Shown here: piece by piece, positions 24,822 through 39,554 of the stretch | How positions within the stretch are numbered: the first letter of the stretch is position 1 | How the letters are laid out: each line of letters begins with the position of its first letter | From: Cercozoa sp. M6MM | Taxonomy: Eukaryota; Protista; Endomyxa: Ascetosporea | Assembly (NCBI GenBank): GCA_040357565.1 | Contig: JBDODJ010000067.1 | Length of the DNA stretch: 60,364 bases | Direction: 5' to 3' (one strand) | Program-made: the position numbers and the translations under genes | The notes under the pieces: model-generated | Seen by the model: only the letters and a program-made list of their open reading frames with translations | Databases searched by the model: none | What the model was told of the DNA's origin: nothing

Positions 24822-26769
24822 ATGAACTTCAAGTGCCTCCTGCCTGTATCATTCTTGCTCGCGTCAGGTCGAATTTGCAAAGGTAAATTATACATTTTCG
24901 TGTCATTAAGCAAGTTGTACTGTACCCAGGAACGTCACGCGTCAATGAATATCCTGACCATGCGCATGGAATACATTTACTCATGCACGACAAGACTGAA
25001 TTGCAGCACGACTACGAGAGACTTGTTGTGGTACTTTACGCCAACATTCTTAACTCTCCACATCTGACTTGACTGACAGCACATGAACAAAGCGGCCGGT
25101 CGACTCAAGACCACGTTGCATCAGCTGTGGCACCGTCTCGAACAAGTCGAACATGTCGTGCAAATGCAAAGCACAACAACTGAAATAACGAGAACAACCG
25201 AATCAACAACGACAGCAACAACTGACGCAACAACAACGATAACAAGTGCGACAAGAACAACGACGACTGAACTGTGTCTGTGCACTCGTGAAAACGCCAA
25301 CGTCGCCGATCCGTGTCCTTCGAACCCTGGCATCGAGGTTCCGTTGGGAGCCTTCTGCACCTGCGACTTTGAGTGTGCCTCTGGTATAACACCTCAGTAC
25401 AGAGCTTTCTTTACAGACACTACGGCACTTGTTGTGACAGAAACTTGCTCGGAAACTTGTGTGGCCACTCAGAGAGATGGCAGCATGTTCACACGCAGCG
25501 GTGGTCACCTGTGTGTCAGCACCTCTGCTGCTGCTGCAAATGCCGAATGTAGCTGCAACTCCGAGTGTGCTGCCAACTTGGTGTGCCTCCAGAACCCTGC
25601 AGGCACATCGTTCCAGTGCGCTCAGCTGCCGATCCGTGCGGCATGCGATCCTGCCGCCGACTTGTGTGGCAGTGGTACTGTACAGTACTTGACTTGTACT
25701 GTACAGTGTATCTCTCTTTGTTTTGCGTGCACAGAACTGATGTGCGACACCGAGCGATCAACATGCGTGCTGCAGCTGGGTGTCACCAATCAAGACTGCA
25801 GCACACGTGCCGACTGTCCCGATGGAACTCTGTGCGACATCAGCAATGGCAACTGCGTGCAGTCTACCGGCGGTGCCTGTGCCAACGATGACTTCTGTGT
25901 CGGCACGTGTGTCAACGGTGCTTGCGACCCGGCCTTCCAGACCTCGATCGGCCAACCTTGCGGTCGCGAGCAGCACCACCAAACCTCTGGCGGAGGCAGC
26001 GCAAACACCGAGTGCAGCGATCAACACACCTCGCATGTGCCAACTCAGGTACATTTACTCTGTGTCCGGTTAACACAGCATCCGTCGCCATGTTTTGTAG
26101 TCTACCTGTACTTCACTGTACCGTAGGAATCAGCAGCAACCCGATCGATCCATTAGGCCCACTGGTGTGTCTATTGTTGGACGGTGAAACGTGCTCACTC
26201 GACACCGAGTGTGCCTCTGGCAAGTGCGACAACGCTCCTGGTGGATCAAGCAAGTGTCTCGTCACTCCATACAGTCAGGAGGTGCGACGACAGTCACAGG
26301 GCTTCAGTTACGACTACTGTACCTCTGTGTCGAACTGTTACGGCGGAGTTAGTTGTGTCATCGATGCATGGGGACTCGAAGTCTGCGACTTTGCCGGACC
26401 TAACACGGCGTGCTCGCCGAACGGTTCGCCGCTGGAGTGCTCGATGAACGGTTTCGACCTGCAGATCGACCTGGCCAGTGCACTGTGCGGCGCACAGACT
26501 GCCGGTCAGTGTCCCAGTCCATGTGGCTGTAGTCAACAGGGAAGTGAGGTGCTGCTGCCGGTGGATGACTGCCCCAGTGGCACTGGCAAGACTACCGGCC
26601 AGTCGTGTCTGTGCGATTTTGAGTGTACAGGTGAGTTACATCTCTTCCGCTCAGTTCCTACAGTACAGTGATGCCCAGGCTGGGCATTTTACACTAAATT
26701 TTAGACAAATTTAACGATACCGTTTCGTGAGCAGGAGACTGCGACGCTACGAACCTCATGTGCACTTGA
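24822..26769 (+). CDS. Secreted Cys-rich repeat protein with short coiled-coil and Thr-rich stalk
   Basis: Hydrophobic N-terminus MNFKCLLPVSFLLASG, helical segment LHQLWHRLEQVE, Thr-rich tract, repeats CTCDFECASG / CSCNSECAANLVC / CSLDTECASGKC / CLCDFECTG; ends NLMCT-TGA. Confidence 0.75.
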
Positions 26770-27634
26770 AAGTCCGAGCCTACGGCGCGGAAGTTAACCA
26801 AGTGCGAAACTAAACCTGACCCTTCGCCGTGCATTGGCTGTAAGTTTAGATACAGCGATCATGCATAACTAAAAATTGTTCTAATTATTGCGAGGAGACT
26901 GCCACCTTCAGTTGCTTAAATGGCGTTTCAATCGTCGATAGCGTCGGAAAGTTGGCCGCCTTGTTGAACAAGTGCGAATTTCTTGATTCACGTTCACTGT
27001 TTAACACAGTATTTTGGGTAAATTGACCATTTGAAACACTGCGCAGGAATTTGCCATCTGAGCCTTTCGGGAAACTGGTAAAACAAAACAATAACGATAC
27101 CAAGATGCAACATCTAAGTTACTCAATCATATGTATGAAGATTCGCAAGCTGACGATTTTCAATCTGATGCTAAATTTAGAGATTGTTCATCGGCCACTT
27201 GATTCCATTCCGCAGGCGCAAGACTCAGTTTCTGCAAAGCATCGTGACTTCTTTGCCAGGTAGAAACCCCTGTACACGAGAGCCTGTCTGTAGAGTGCCA
27301 TTGTATGTTGTAGTCTCCAAGAACTGCACCACTGAACTGAACAAAGCGCTGTCTGAAATGCGCGGGCTTCGCGACGGCATGGTCATCGCTGTTCTCGGTA
27401 CACTTGTTCAGCTGCCTCAGCCCCTTTGGTTGTTTCAACAACTAATGCTGTGTGTACGCATCATATAGTCAGCAGGACGGACTACACGACAGCTGATGTC
27501 CACAGCTTTAACGAGACTTCGAAACATCTGAAACTATACCGCGCCTAGCTCTGTTCAGGCTAGCACTGGGTGTTGTTGTGGCCGAAATGCATAGAAGTAA
27601 GTAGCAGACGAAACCAATACGTCAGCAGACTGCG

Positions 27635-27708
27635 CTAGAACCGCGGTCCAGAGGGCGCACCGAAGCGTGAATTCGCGTGGAACGGTCGCTGTTGCTGCTG
27701 CAGCTGCA

Positions 27709-27739
<31 letters not shown>

Positions 27740-30406
27740 TTGTTGTTGCAGCGAGTGTTGCTGTTGGAAGACACCGCCAGCAGGGAGGACATGAGGACCG
27801 CTGAGACCGAGACTGGCCGAAGGTGGTCCGAAGCGACTCGAGACAGCGGCAGCAGTCGGCACATGCATGCCACTTGGCGGCAGACTCATGAAGGGTGCCT
27901 GCGCACTGCTGCCCGACTGGTACAGGTTCGACGAGGGATACTCACTGCACACATCATCATTGTCCATAAGACAGAGAGGGGGGGGGGGCGTAAACTACCC
28001 GAACTGCACGTTCTGCGGAAAGTACTCCACGGCAGCACCTTTCGGACACCTAAGGGGGGAGGGGGGGTAAAGAGGGAGGTAAATGGGGGGGGGGAAGATA
28101 GGGAGGTAAAGAGGGGAAGAGAGAGAGATAAAGCACCTAGTCAAAGCCATTTGAAGCAGCGCCGCAGCGCGTTCGTTCGGCAGGAAAAACACGCCAGCGA
28201 ATCTGTGCAGAATCTTCTCGGCCTTGATGGAGTGCGCGAGGTTATTGGCCGCGCGGATGGCTGCAGGGGGGATGGGCAAGTAGGGGAGGGTAGGGTAGGG
28301 ACAGGGAGGGGAAGGGTAGGGACAGGGAGGGGAAGGGTAGGGACAGCGAGGATAGGGGGAGAGGGTAAGACCACGCAGCGCGGCGTCGGACACGAAGAAG
28401 CGCACGCTGGGCGGAGTGCCGCCGCCCATGTCGACGCGCCGCAGTTCGCCGCAGGCACCGCGCGCTGTCTCCCACTGTGCCCACACGTTTAACATGCACA
28501 TACACACAGACACACAGAGACATACACTCATATCTTCATGTATTTATATGTCTATGGCTATGTCTAATATCTGATATATATATAGATATAGTATACATCA
28601 TTATATATCTATATGTATATATATATACAAATATAGACATACATCCATGTATATAAGCCACATCCATGTGTTTATACATATATATATATACATATATATA
28701 TATATGTATACATAGATACACACGAAATATAACATGTAGGATAGTGTAAGTAGGTAAGGTAGGATAGTGTACCTTGTCAAACACTAGGATGGCACACCAC
28801 GCGTCGAATGTGCCCATCTTGCTCTAGGAGAGAGGGGGTAAACAGGGGGGTAAAGCAAGGTACAGGTACTACCTTGTGCGGGTCCGAGCAGTGCGTCGGC
28901 GAGAGATTCGCGCGCGCCAGTGAGTCCAAACTAATCGGTACAAGTGGGGACAAGAAGAGGTACAAACGGACACAGGGCTGTACAAATGGACGGACACACA
29001 GACGAAAGGAAACACTACAGCGACAGAACAGAGTCGCTGGCTGGCGCACTGTCGCCACGCACTCGCCACATTATCTGCGGGGTACAGGGGTACGGGGTAC
29101 AGGGGTCAGGGGCAAAGGGTAAGGGGCTCAGGGGGTAAAGGTAAGGGGTAAAGGTAAGAGGGTAAAGGGTTAAGGTAAGGGGCAAAGGGTAAGGGGGCAA
29201 AGGGTAAGGGGGCAAAGGGTAGGGGGCAAAGCACTACCGACAGCACGCGCGTCGCACACGGCACGAACGGGTCCTTGCTGCGCCAGACCACAGCACAACA
29301 ACTCAACAACACAAAACAACAACACAAAACAACAACAAACAACAACACAAAAACAACAACACAAAAACAACAACAAAGAAACATCAACAAAAAAGAAGGA
29401 AAACCGCTGCACGGCGTTTTTGTCGATCGTCAGAGCGAACTCGGCCTCCCTCCTGCAGTACAAGCCAGAGTTTCCCCCCCCCCCCTGTGTCCGCGCGGAG
29501 CAGCTAACACAAGCAAGAGTACACTTCCTTCGGCCGCGGTCGCTCGCGTCGCCGGAAACCTGTATCCACATCATGCATCGGGCAGGGTAGGGGAGAGTAG
29601 AGGTAGGGATAGGGTAGGGGAGAGTAGAGGTAGGGATAGGGTAGGGATAGGGATAGGGATAGGGTAGGGATAGGGATAGGGATAGGGTAGGGATAGGGAT
29701 AGGGACGGGAGGACGCACCCTGCACGGTGTACAGCGTGGCACCACCGCTCTTTTTCGAGGCCGACATGGCGCTCTTGTGCGTCGTCTGAACACACAAATG
29801 AAGCTCCCTTTCTATCTCTATCTAATATATATTATATACATTATATAAGTAAATAAATAAATAAATACGCTTATAGATACAGACACACAAACATACACAG
29901 ACTCAAGCACACAAAACACGTACGAACAGGTCGCGAAAGGCGGCGATTTCGCGCGGCACTTCGCCCGATTCGATCGCCTAACGAACGGAGGGGAGGGGTG
30001 AGGGTGAGGGATAACAAGGTGAGGGGTAACAAGGTAAGGGGTAACAAGGTGAGGGGAAGGCTAGGGAGGGGACACACCCGCTGAGCAATGGTGCCGGCGT
30101 TGTCGGTGGCGAAAACGCGACGCAAAACGGCGCCGACGTCGACCGGCGGCAGCGGCGCTCTGTGTTTATTTTGAGAGGCATTTTTCTCGTATATTCCATG
30201 CAGACAAAAAGAGGCAAAAAAAGGGAGAAACGCACGTGTCGCCACAGAGCAGCAGGAAGTCGTCCAGTGCAGGCGAGCGACGCAGCTCGAACACGCCCTG
30301 TCTCAAGTGGTTCAACTAATCTCGACAGACACAGAGACACTCAGGAGGAGGGTGCTACCGTGTCACGCGAGAAGGACACCTCTGGCGGGAAGTCCGACTC
30401 CTTTGT

Positions 30407-30504
<98 letters not shown>

Positions 30505-30719
30505 GGTAGACAACGGGTCGGCAAGAAGGGCAGGCTATGGGTGCGAGTACCTTGACCTGCCACGGGATCACAAAGCCCACGGCTGCCGGAACCAATCAAA
30601 GAATCCACACACACACACANNNNNNNNNNNNNNNNNNNNNNNNNNNNNNNNNNNNNNNNNNNNNNNNNNNNNNNNNNNNNNNNNNNNNNNNNNNNNNNNN
30701 NNNNNNNNNNNNNNNNNNN

Positions 30720-30806
<87 letters not shown>

Positions 30807-31020
30807 GGTAGACAACGGGTCGGCAAGAAGGGCAGGCTATGGGTGCGAGTACCTTGACCTGCCACGGGATCACAAAGCCCACGGCTGCCGGAACCAATCA
30901 AAGAATCCACACACACACACAACACAGAACAACAACAACGAACAGGCGGGTCGCTGGCCGCACGTGAAGACAAAGTGCTCGCGGAAGTCGTGCAGAACCT
31001 GCACACATACACATACACAT

Positions 31021-31059
<39 letters not shown>

Positions 31060-33500
31060 GAGAGTACCTCAACGGCCAGCTGGTACGTTCGAAACGTCAG
31101 CTGGATCGATGTCAATCTATTCCGGTGGTAGCAGGGAAAGGTAACAGGCCAAGAGGAAGAGGCAGCAGCAGACCGCCTACCTGGGCGCATCCTTCAGCAG
31201 TCCGCGTGCACCCGTGGAGTAATCTTCGCCCACGCGCAGTCGGTGCTTCCGCTGCAGTCGCGTTAGCACCTGCGAAAGAGGGTTGGGTAGGGTGGGGTAG
31301 GGCAGGGTAGGATAGGTTAGGGTAGGTTAGGGGAGGGTAGGGTAGGGTAGTTAGGGTAGGGTAGGGTAGGGTAGGACAGGGTATGGTAGGGTAGGGTAGA
31401 AATAGAGAGAAGGGTGGAAGGACACAAGTGAGGACCGACCTGATTGCGCGACATGCGCACGCCCGTGTCGGAAACAACTGCGATGACACGCGACACGAGT
31501 CGCACTGCGTTGGGCGAAACGCCGGCTTGGTTCCGATCGATACTGAACTGCGCGTGCTGCCACACCACATTGCGTCCCTTGGCCGAGTTCAGATCCACCT
31601 CCAGCACGTTGCTGTCGCGCTTGTGTCCCGGCTGTGTGTGTGTCGGGGGGGGGGGTGAAGGTGATACATGAGTAGGAGGGGTAGTGCAGTACCGGTAAGG
31701 CAGGTCGGTTGCCGTAGTAACGTAGCGCACGCGTCGCCTTTTCGATCGAGCCGGGTGCCAGTTTCGTCTCCTAGCAAGAGCGATACAGGAGTCAAATGCA
31801 GGGGGGGGGGGGGGGTAAGATAGTAAGATAGGGAGGGTAAGTAGAGGGGGATAAGAGGGGGGGGGGTTAATTGAAGACAGTAAAGGTCTACCCGATGACG
31901 CGGACGCGGACTGCGCGAGCGACTGCGACTGCGTCGGCGGTGTCGATGTCGCGGACTACGCGAGCGCTGTCGTCCGCGCGGACGCTGCTGCGAGGTGACC
32001 TGCGAGGCAGAGACCTGTGAGGCAGTGACCTGCGAGGTGACCGGAGTGGCCACAGGCACAGCGCCACTGACAGCCGGCAGACCGACGGCTACTGCAGGAG
32101 TGGCTACAGCTGAGGTGGCTACAGCTGGAGTGGCTACAGCTGAGGTGGCTACAGCTGCAGCGGTGGTGGCTACAGGAACGACATGCGCCACTGTGTCAGG
32201 CATGGTCGGAACAGCATAGGCCGACAGGAAGGTGTCGCCTTCGCCTGAACGCGTGTGCTGATACAGCACAGGTAGGACAGTGTGCGAAGGAAGTACCTGC
32301 AGTCTTGGCCTTGACGTGCGCGGCAAAGATACCGGCATCGCCGGTGCCTTTCAGTTCCCTATAAGGCAGGAGGTAGGGGGGGGCTAAAAGATAAAGGAGA
32401 CTGATGAATACCCTCGGCGTTCGTCGCACAACTCCTGCAACTCGGCGCACGTGGTCACTGCCGCCAGTGGCTACACCGTCACACAAACACAGTCAATGTG
32501 GTCACTGTTGTGTTTTGTTTCGTAATACGAAAGGCAACGACGTCAGCAGATCAACAAAGGCGACGTCGCTGAACAGTCAGCATCTGTCAAAGCAACACAA
32601 CTTGCAGAACGAAGAAGAAAACGCACTTAGACACAAGAACGACGACTGTTGGCGTATCGATCGCTTCGAATAGTGCGGACTGGAGAAACGCTCATTGCAA
32701 TCAGAGCAAACTTCTGCAAGTCAAAAACACAACAAAACTGAACATACGCAGAATGCGATCAGAGCACGGCGCATTGCGGGTCCGTCTGGCGCCGTGATTC
32801 GTGCCACAGAGTCCTTTTGGCGGCGCGTTCAAGTAATTCGGAGACAAAGAAAGCTTTCAAGTCAGTCAAAGTACCGTGAATTCTTCGTTGCTGGTATCGC
32901 TCATTCGATCGTCGCTGCTGGAGTGCGCGGGCGAGTAGCCCGGCAGCGTCTCGTCTAGAGCAGCAGAGTTCCAACCGAAACAGCAGATTTTAGGGCAAGC
33001 ACTCACAACACACCTTGCTCCTTGTTTACAACCGACGTCCAATCGTCATCTTCTTCTTCCTCTTTCTCCGCTTCCTGTCCATCCGGGATAGCACACTAGG
33101 TAAAACGTGCACTTTCCGGTGAGTGGCCCAATACATTTGTGTCCAATACAGCAGTCGTCCAGTCTGTTTCCTCCTCGTTTTCACCTTCTTCCAACTCCTC
33201 TTCGTCCTCCTCGTCCTGTCGTAACACGATGGCATATTATATAGCTACATCAGTGCTTATCCGCATGTATAAATGTTGTCGGCGAAAGCTCTGTGGAACC
33301 TTCAAAATCTCGCGCAGGGTTTCTAGAATGTCCTCATTCGTCGTCTCACCTAACCCAGAGGTCACCGCAAACTCTGCTCTCTCGTCCTGCTCCAACACAA
33401 GTGAGCGCAAGTCAGAAGTCAATCCGCGCGGACCAGTCCACAAAACTAAAAATGCAACGACATGTAACATACGACTAAGCAGATAAGCCGCATCACTGAC
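27635..33500 (-). CDS. Large hypothetical multi-exon protein: acidic N-terminal part, Ala/Val/Thr repeats, RS tract, possible degenerate RRM-like units, C-terminal polyQ
   Basis: GC-rich exons between low-complexity introns: DEEDEEELEEG..., AVATSAVATPA repeats, RRRSRSRSRSPR, LTSIQLTFRTYQLAVEVLHDF, CAILVFDKWETARGAC, then polyQ and RPFHANSRFGAPSGPRF-TAG. Start and some middle phases unresolved; could be more than one gene. Confidence 0.55.
30408..30921. repeat. CA microsatellites, 100-N gap (30620-30719) and a ~120 bp block repeated on either side of the gap
   Basis: AGTAGGTAGACAACGGG...AAGAATCCACAC occurs at ~30501 and ~30803. Confidence 0.9.
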
Positions 33501-33899
33501 AATGCGTATGAGCACGCGTACACGCTCTAGCACACTAGCCAAGCGCGCGGATCAGCCCACGACACTGAGGCGGAGACACCATCATGAGCCGGACAAGGAG
33601 AATGGCGCGTGGGTCGCCACCTCAGACCCTCAGTCACAATTTGTGTTCTATTCACTGTTACAGCTGCTCCATGAAGTTCCTTGCCAGCCTGCTTGCCGGT
33701 GAGTAGTGAATCGTCCTGCATGCATGCTGGTGTGGGTCGCACTTTTTGCAGGCCAGCGTGGCAGGGGCACTCCCAGGGATGCCTGGGTGCTACTTGAGTG
33801 CCCCTTGCAGCATTTGGCGGTTCTGTGGAATCTGGCGTCATAGTGACCCACGCGATCATTTTGTTTTTGGTTTTTGGTTTTTGTGTGGCTGGTGCTTTG

Positions 33900-36104
<2,205 letters not shown>

Positions 36105-36259
36105 GTCGACCTGTCGCGGGAGTGACCAAAGGAGTCGACTTGCGTTGAAGTGACTAAAGGATTCGACTCGCGCGCCGATTGGCCGACAGTCGAAGTGTGC
36201 TTGTCTTGTGTTCGGACAGATGTTATTTCCTACAGCATGAGCTACTGTATCCGCGCGGA

Positions 36260-36907
36260 AACTAACCTACAACGGGAACCCACCCCTTTCGGGCTGGACC
36301 AGAAGTTCGTCGATCAGGTGCTTGCTTTGGCGGACGAAGAAGACGCACTCGAGCGCAGTGATGACGTACCTCTTTCCCCACAGAACAACAACATAATACG
36401 CCATTGCTATATCCATTGACACCCTCATGTACACAGAATTCTCGCCACGCAGACGGCGTCGACTGAGACGCTTCATGCAGCAGGATCCCTACCTGGAGGA
36501 GGTCGCGATTCTTCAAGTACATGACAGATTCAATGCCGACCAGCAGCGACCTCGTCGGCGAGCTTCCGAGCAGGCATTTAACCGCCTTGCCGATGCACAA
36601 ATTGACGCTATAATAGAAGGGCAACAACACTTATAGTTTTACGTTCAAAAAGAACATTATTTAATCAAAATACAACAACAACACATCCAGAAATCTAGAC
36701 ACGTGGGTGCCTCGGGCGGAAAAACAAAAATAAACTCAAGTCCGAACAAATACTAGCTTCATTGACTACAATAACACCTAAACTAGTGTCACACACTACT
36801 GAACACGTTTAGCGGTTTAATCAAGGTACTTTGGGGCCCAAGCTGTGATCATTTCCTCCTGGCTCAAAAATTGGGCCGTCCGAAAGGGGTGGGTTCCCTG
36901 GTTAGTT
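36260..36907. mobile_element. ~650 bp non-autonomous TIR element (MITE/deletion derivative)
   Basis: Perfect 19-bp inverted repeat GGGAACCCACCCCTTTCGG (36274-36292) / CCGAAAGGGGTGGGTTCCC (36880-36898), plus outer AACTAACC (36260-36267) / GGTTAGTT (36900-36907); fills most of the gap between two convergent genes. Confidence 0.75.
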
Positions 36908-36966
36908 ACACTGCCTTTCGATCGAGGGATAATTACGACATGCATTACTCACAAAACCTTCAGTGG

Positions 36967-38816
36967 TCACTGAGTGGCACAAACGCGACCTGAGCCGTCG
37001 TTGTCGCCGCCAAGTTGGCTCAGTTGCTCCGCTGGCACCTGTACGGGGTAGGGGGAGGGGGGATAACAGGGGTCAAGAGGTGTCAGAGGGAGGGGTCAGG
37101 AAGGGGGAAACCTGCAGCGAGTGTGCCACGAGCAGGCAGAACACAGAGTCCGGATGCAGCATCTCCTCGACGTCCAAGTCGCCGTTTTCTGGGGAGGGAG
37201 GGAGTAAGGGAAGGGTAGAGGATAGAGGGGGAAGCTAGACGTATGCTACCAACGACGTGATTGAAGAACCAGATGACAAGGACATTGGTATCGTGATCGT
37301 AGTCACCGTTGCCTTCTTCCGGTCCGGGCAGTAACTCCTCCAATGTCACATTACTAAGCAAGGGTGATAAGGGTAAGATAGAGAGTAAGGGATAGAGAGT
37401 AAGGGATAGAGATTAAGGGATAGAGAGTAAGGGATAGAGAGTAAGGGTGATAGAGAGTAAGGGTGATAGAGAGTAAGAGATGGGAGGAGGATGGGCAATA
37501 CCGATACAGCATAACGTCCGGGTGGTCCCATCGGTAGTCAAAGCGCTCACGTGGTCGGACGCGTGTGCCTTCGAGAGGAACCACAGCTGCCTTGGGCGGC
37601 AAGTTCGGCTTCAGCACGTCGAGTCCAAAGTGACGCCACTCGACCCATGCACGTCCTGAACCAGGCTGTTCGCGCAGCACTGTCTCCAGTCGGTTGCGCA
37701 GCTCCTTGGCGCCTGCCTTATGTTGACCCCTATCCCAATACCCCAACCCCCCAATACCCCTTACCCCAATACTTTAACCTCCCAATACCCCAACCCCCAG
37801 TACCCACATACCAGCAGGCAGAGCGCCAGCACGTGCAGAGAAAGTGATCTCGTTGCAGAAGGCGACAATCTTGGGCAGCGCCGGTGCCGTCGGATTGTTG
37901 TACACCGAGGCCACTCGCGAGTCGCCCGACCCAGCACCGATTGTGTCCTGGGAGATGAGCAGGCTCAGAGGGAGGAGAGTGAAGGGACAGCGGGATATAA
38001 AACCAGCATGGCAGGCGACACATCGCGTAGACAGAAGGTGTCGGCATCGAGCCAGACACCTCCGTACACCTGTAGCCAGGTCTGTCGAATCACATCGGAT
38101 CGCTGAGCCGGTAGCACTCGCAGCAGCGTCTGCCACAGCGACTCGGCGTACTCTGACGTCTCCTTAACTGAGGCACTCGGGTGCTCCTGCGTGTACTGCT
38201 CGCGCCAGTACTTTGTCAACACCTATCGGGGGAAGGGGTGGGGATAAGACATATGGAAGGCTAGGACGGTAGGAGGATAAGGTCGGGGGATAAGGTAGAG
38301 AGTAAAGCCTCAGGAACCGCATAGGCAGCGTCGCGATTGATGACCTGGAAGCGCTTGCCGTGGTGGAAGGAACACGTGCGCATCAGCAGCGGCATGTAGA
38401 CCGGCAGGTCGCCCTCCCAGTAGGTCCACACCGTGCGTTCCAGCACACTCGCTGGCCGCTGCATGTGCTGCTTCAGTCGACTGCGCACCAGTGGTTGCAG
38501 CTGCACAGACATTATACATATCTCTATACATATCTCTATACATATCTTTCTATATTTATACATTTATTTATTTGCGTAATTATTATTATCCATTTATTTA
38601 TTTATATCGTATACGAGACACCTCAGTCAGAGACAGCTTCTCCAACGCGAACGTCTCTTTGTCCACGACGGATTCGCTGAACACAACGAGCGGCGTCGGC
38701 GCGCACCGGTGTCCACTCAGCAGTACGGCCAGTACTGTTAAGAACACGGCGGCCAGCAGAGCACTCCAGGCCATGCGAGGACTGACGCGCGTCCTTCTGA
38801 TCCACTGCGGCGCCAT
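36967..38816 (-). CDS. Type II membrane DXD glycosyltransferase (GT32 / capsular polysaccharide synthesis protein-like)
   Basis: N-terminal TM (WSALLAAVFLTVLAVLL), RTVWTYWEG, AQRSDVIRQTWLQVYGGVWLDADTFCLR; spliced to ...RVCATQ-TGA. Confidence 0.85.
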
Positions 38817-39554
38817 CTCACCCTGCCTGTGATGCGCTCTGGCGTGGGCGCACAAACTGACGCTGAGCTAGTGTCCAGTAGAAACTACTGTACGTGGTGG
38901 TGCTTTTGAACGATTTTCAGACTACAATTACTTAAGGCTGCGTCTTCCAAACATCAAACGGAGAGTGCAGCACGTTACTGCTGTCCAAAGGCACTAAATA
39001 AGTGAAGTTTTTGAGGCATGTGCCTGCTTGTGGCTCTCTCATCCACAATCGAGTTTTGAACAGCGATCTGATTTTTGATTTTCGCGCGGACGGCAGAAGA
39101 AATACAAGAAAGGCGCAACATGGCGGACGCCGAGGTTTCTGAAATGCCAGAGTTCGATCAGGACACGGCGCTTACGATATTCGGTAGCTGACTCGCACAT
39201 TTGTGCGCATTGTGCTTTGCAGTTGTCCGAACTGAGTTTTTTAGTTTTGTCTTGTATTCCCCGACAGGCACGCGTTTCCTGTTGAGTCCAGCCGATGTCC
39301 TCGTGCCCGCCTGCTGTTCCGTTGTGGTGCACATTCCGCTGGTACTGTAGGCTGCTCCCACGAAAAGCGAATCTCTTGCAATTGCTACAGCTGAACTTGC
39401 ACGCTTTTGACCGAAAGGCTGAATTGACTTTACGATACAACGATTTTTTTGCTGTTCTTGCTTAGTTCGTGCTTTCGGCAAGTGCGCTCGCTTATGCAAC
39501 GGCAAACGACTCGTTTGGTACGGTTTCTGTGCGAAAACGGACCTATGCGAAGTC

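Noticed and set aside
30501-30921. Apparent tandem exon duplication on either side of the N gap
   Set aside because: Essentially identical block flanking a scaffold gap inside CA repeats; most likely an unmerged contig overlap.
28000-31600. RdRP or Argonaute/PAZ identity for the large minus-strand gene
   Set aside because: No DxDGD or PIWI motifs; resemblance depended on unresolved frames.
33000-33300. In-frame TAA/TAG within a seemingly continuous minus-strand frame, suggesting stop-codon reassignment
   Set aside because: GT-AG introns remove these stops, and TAA, TAG and TGA all terminate clear genes in the window.
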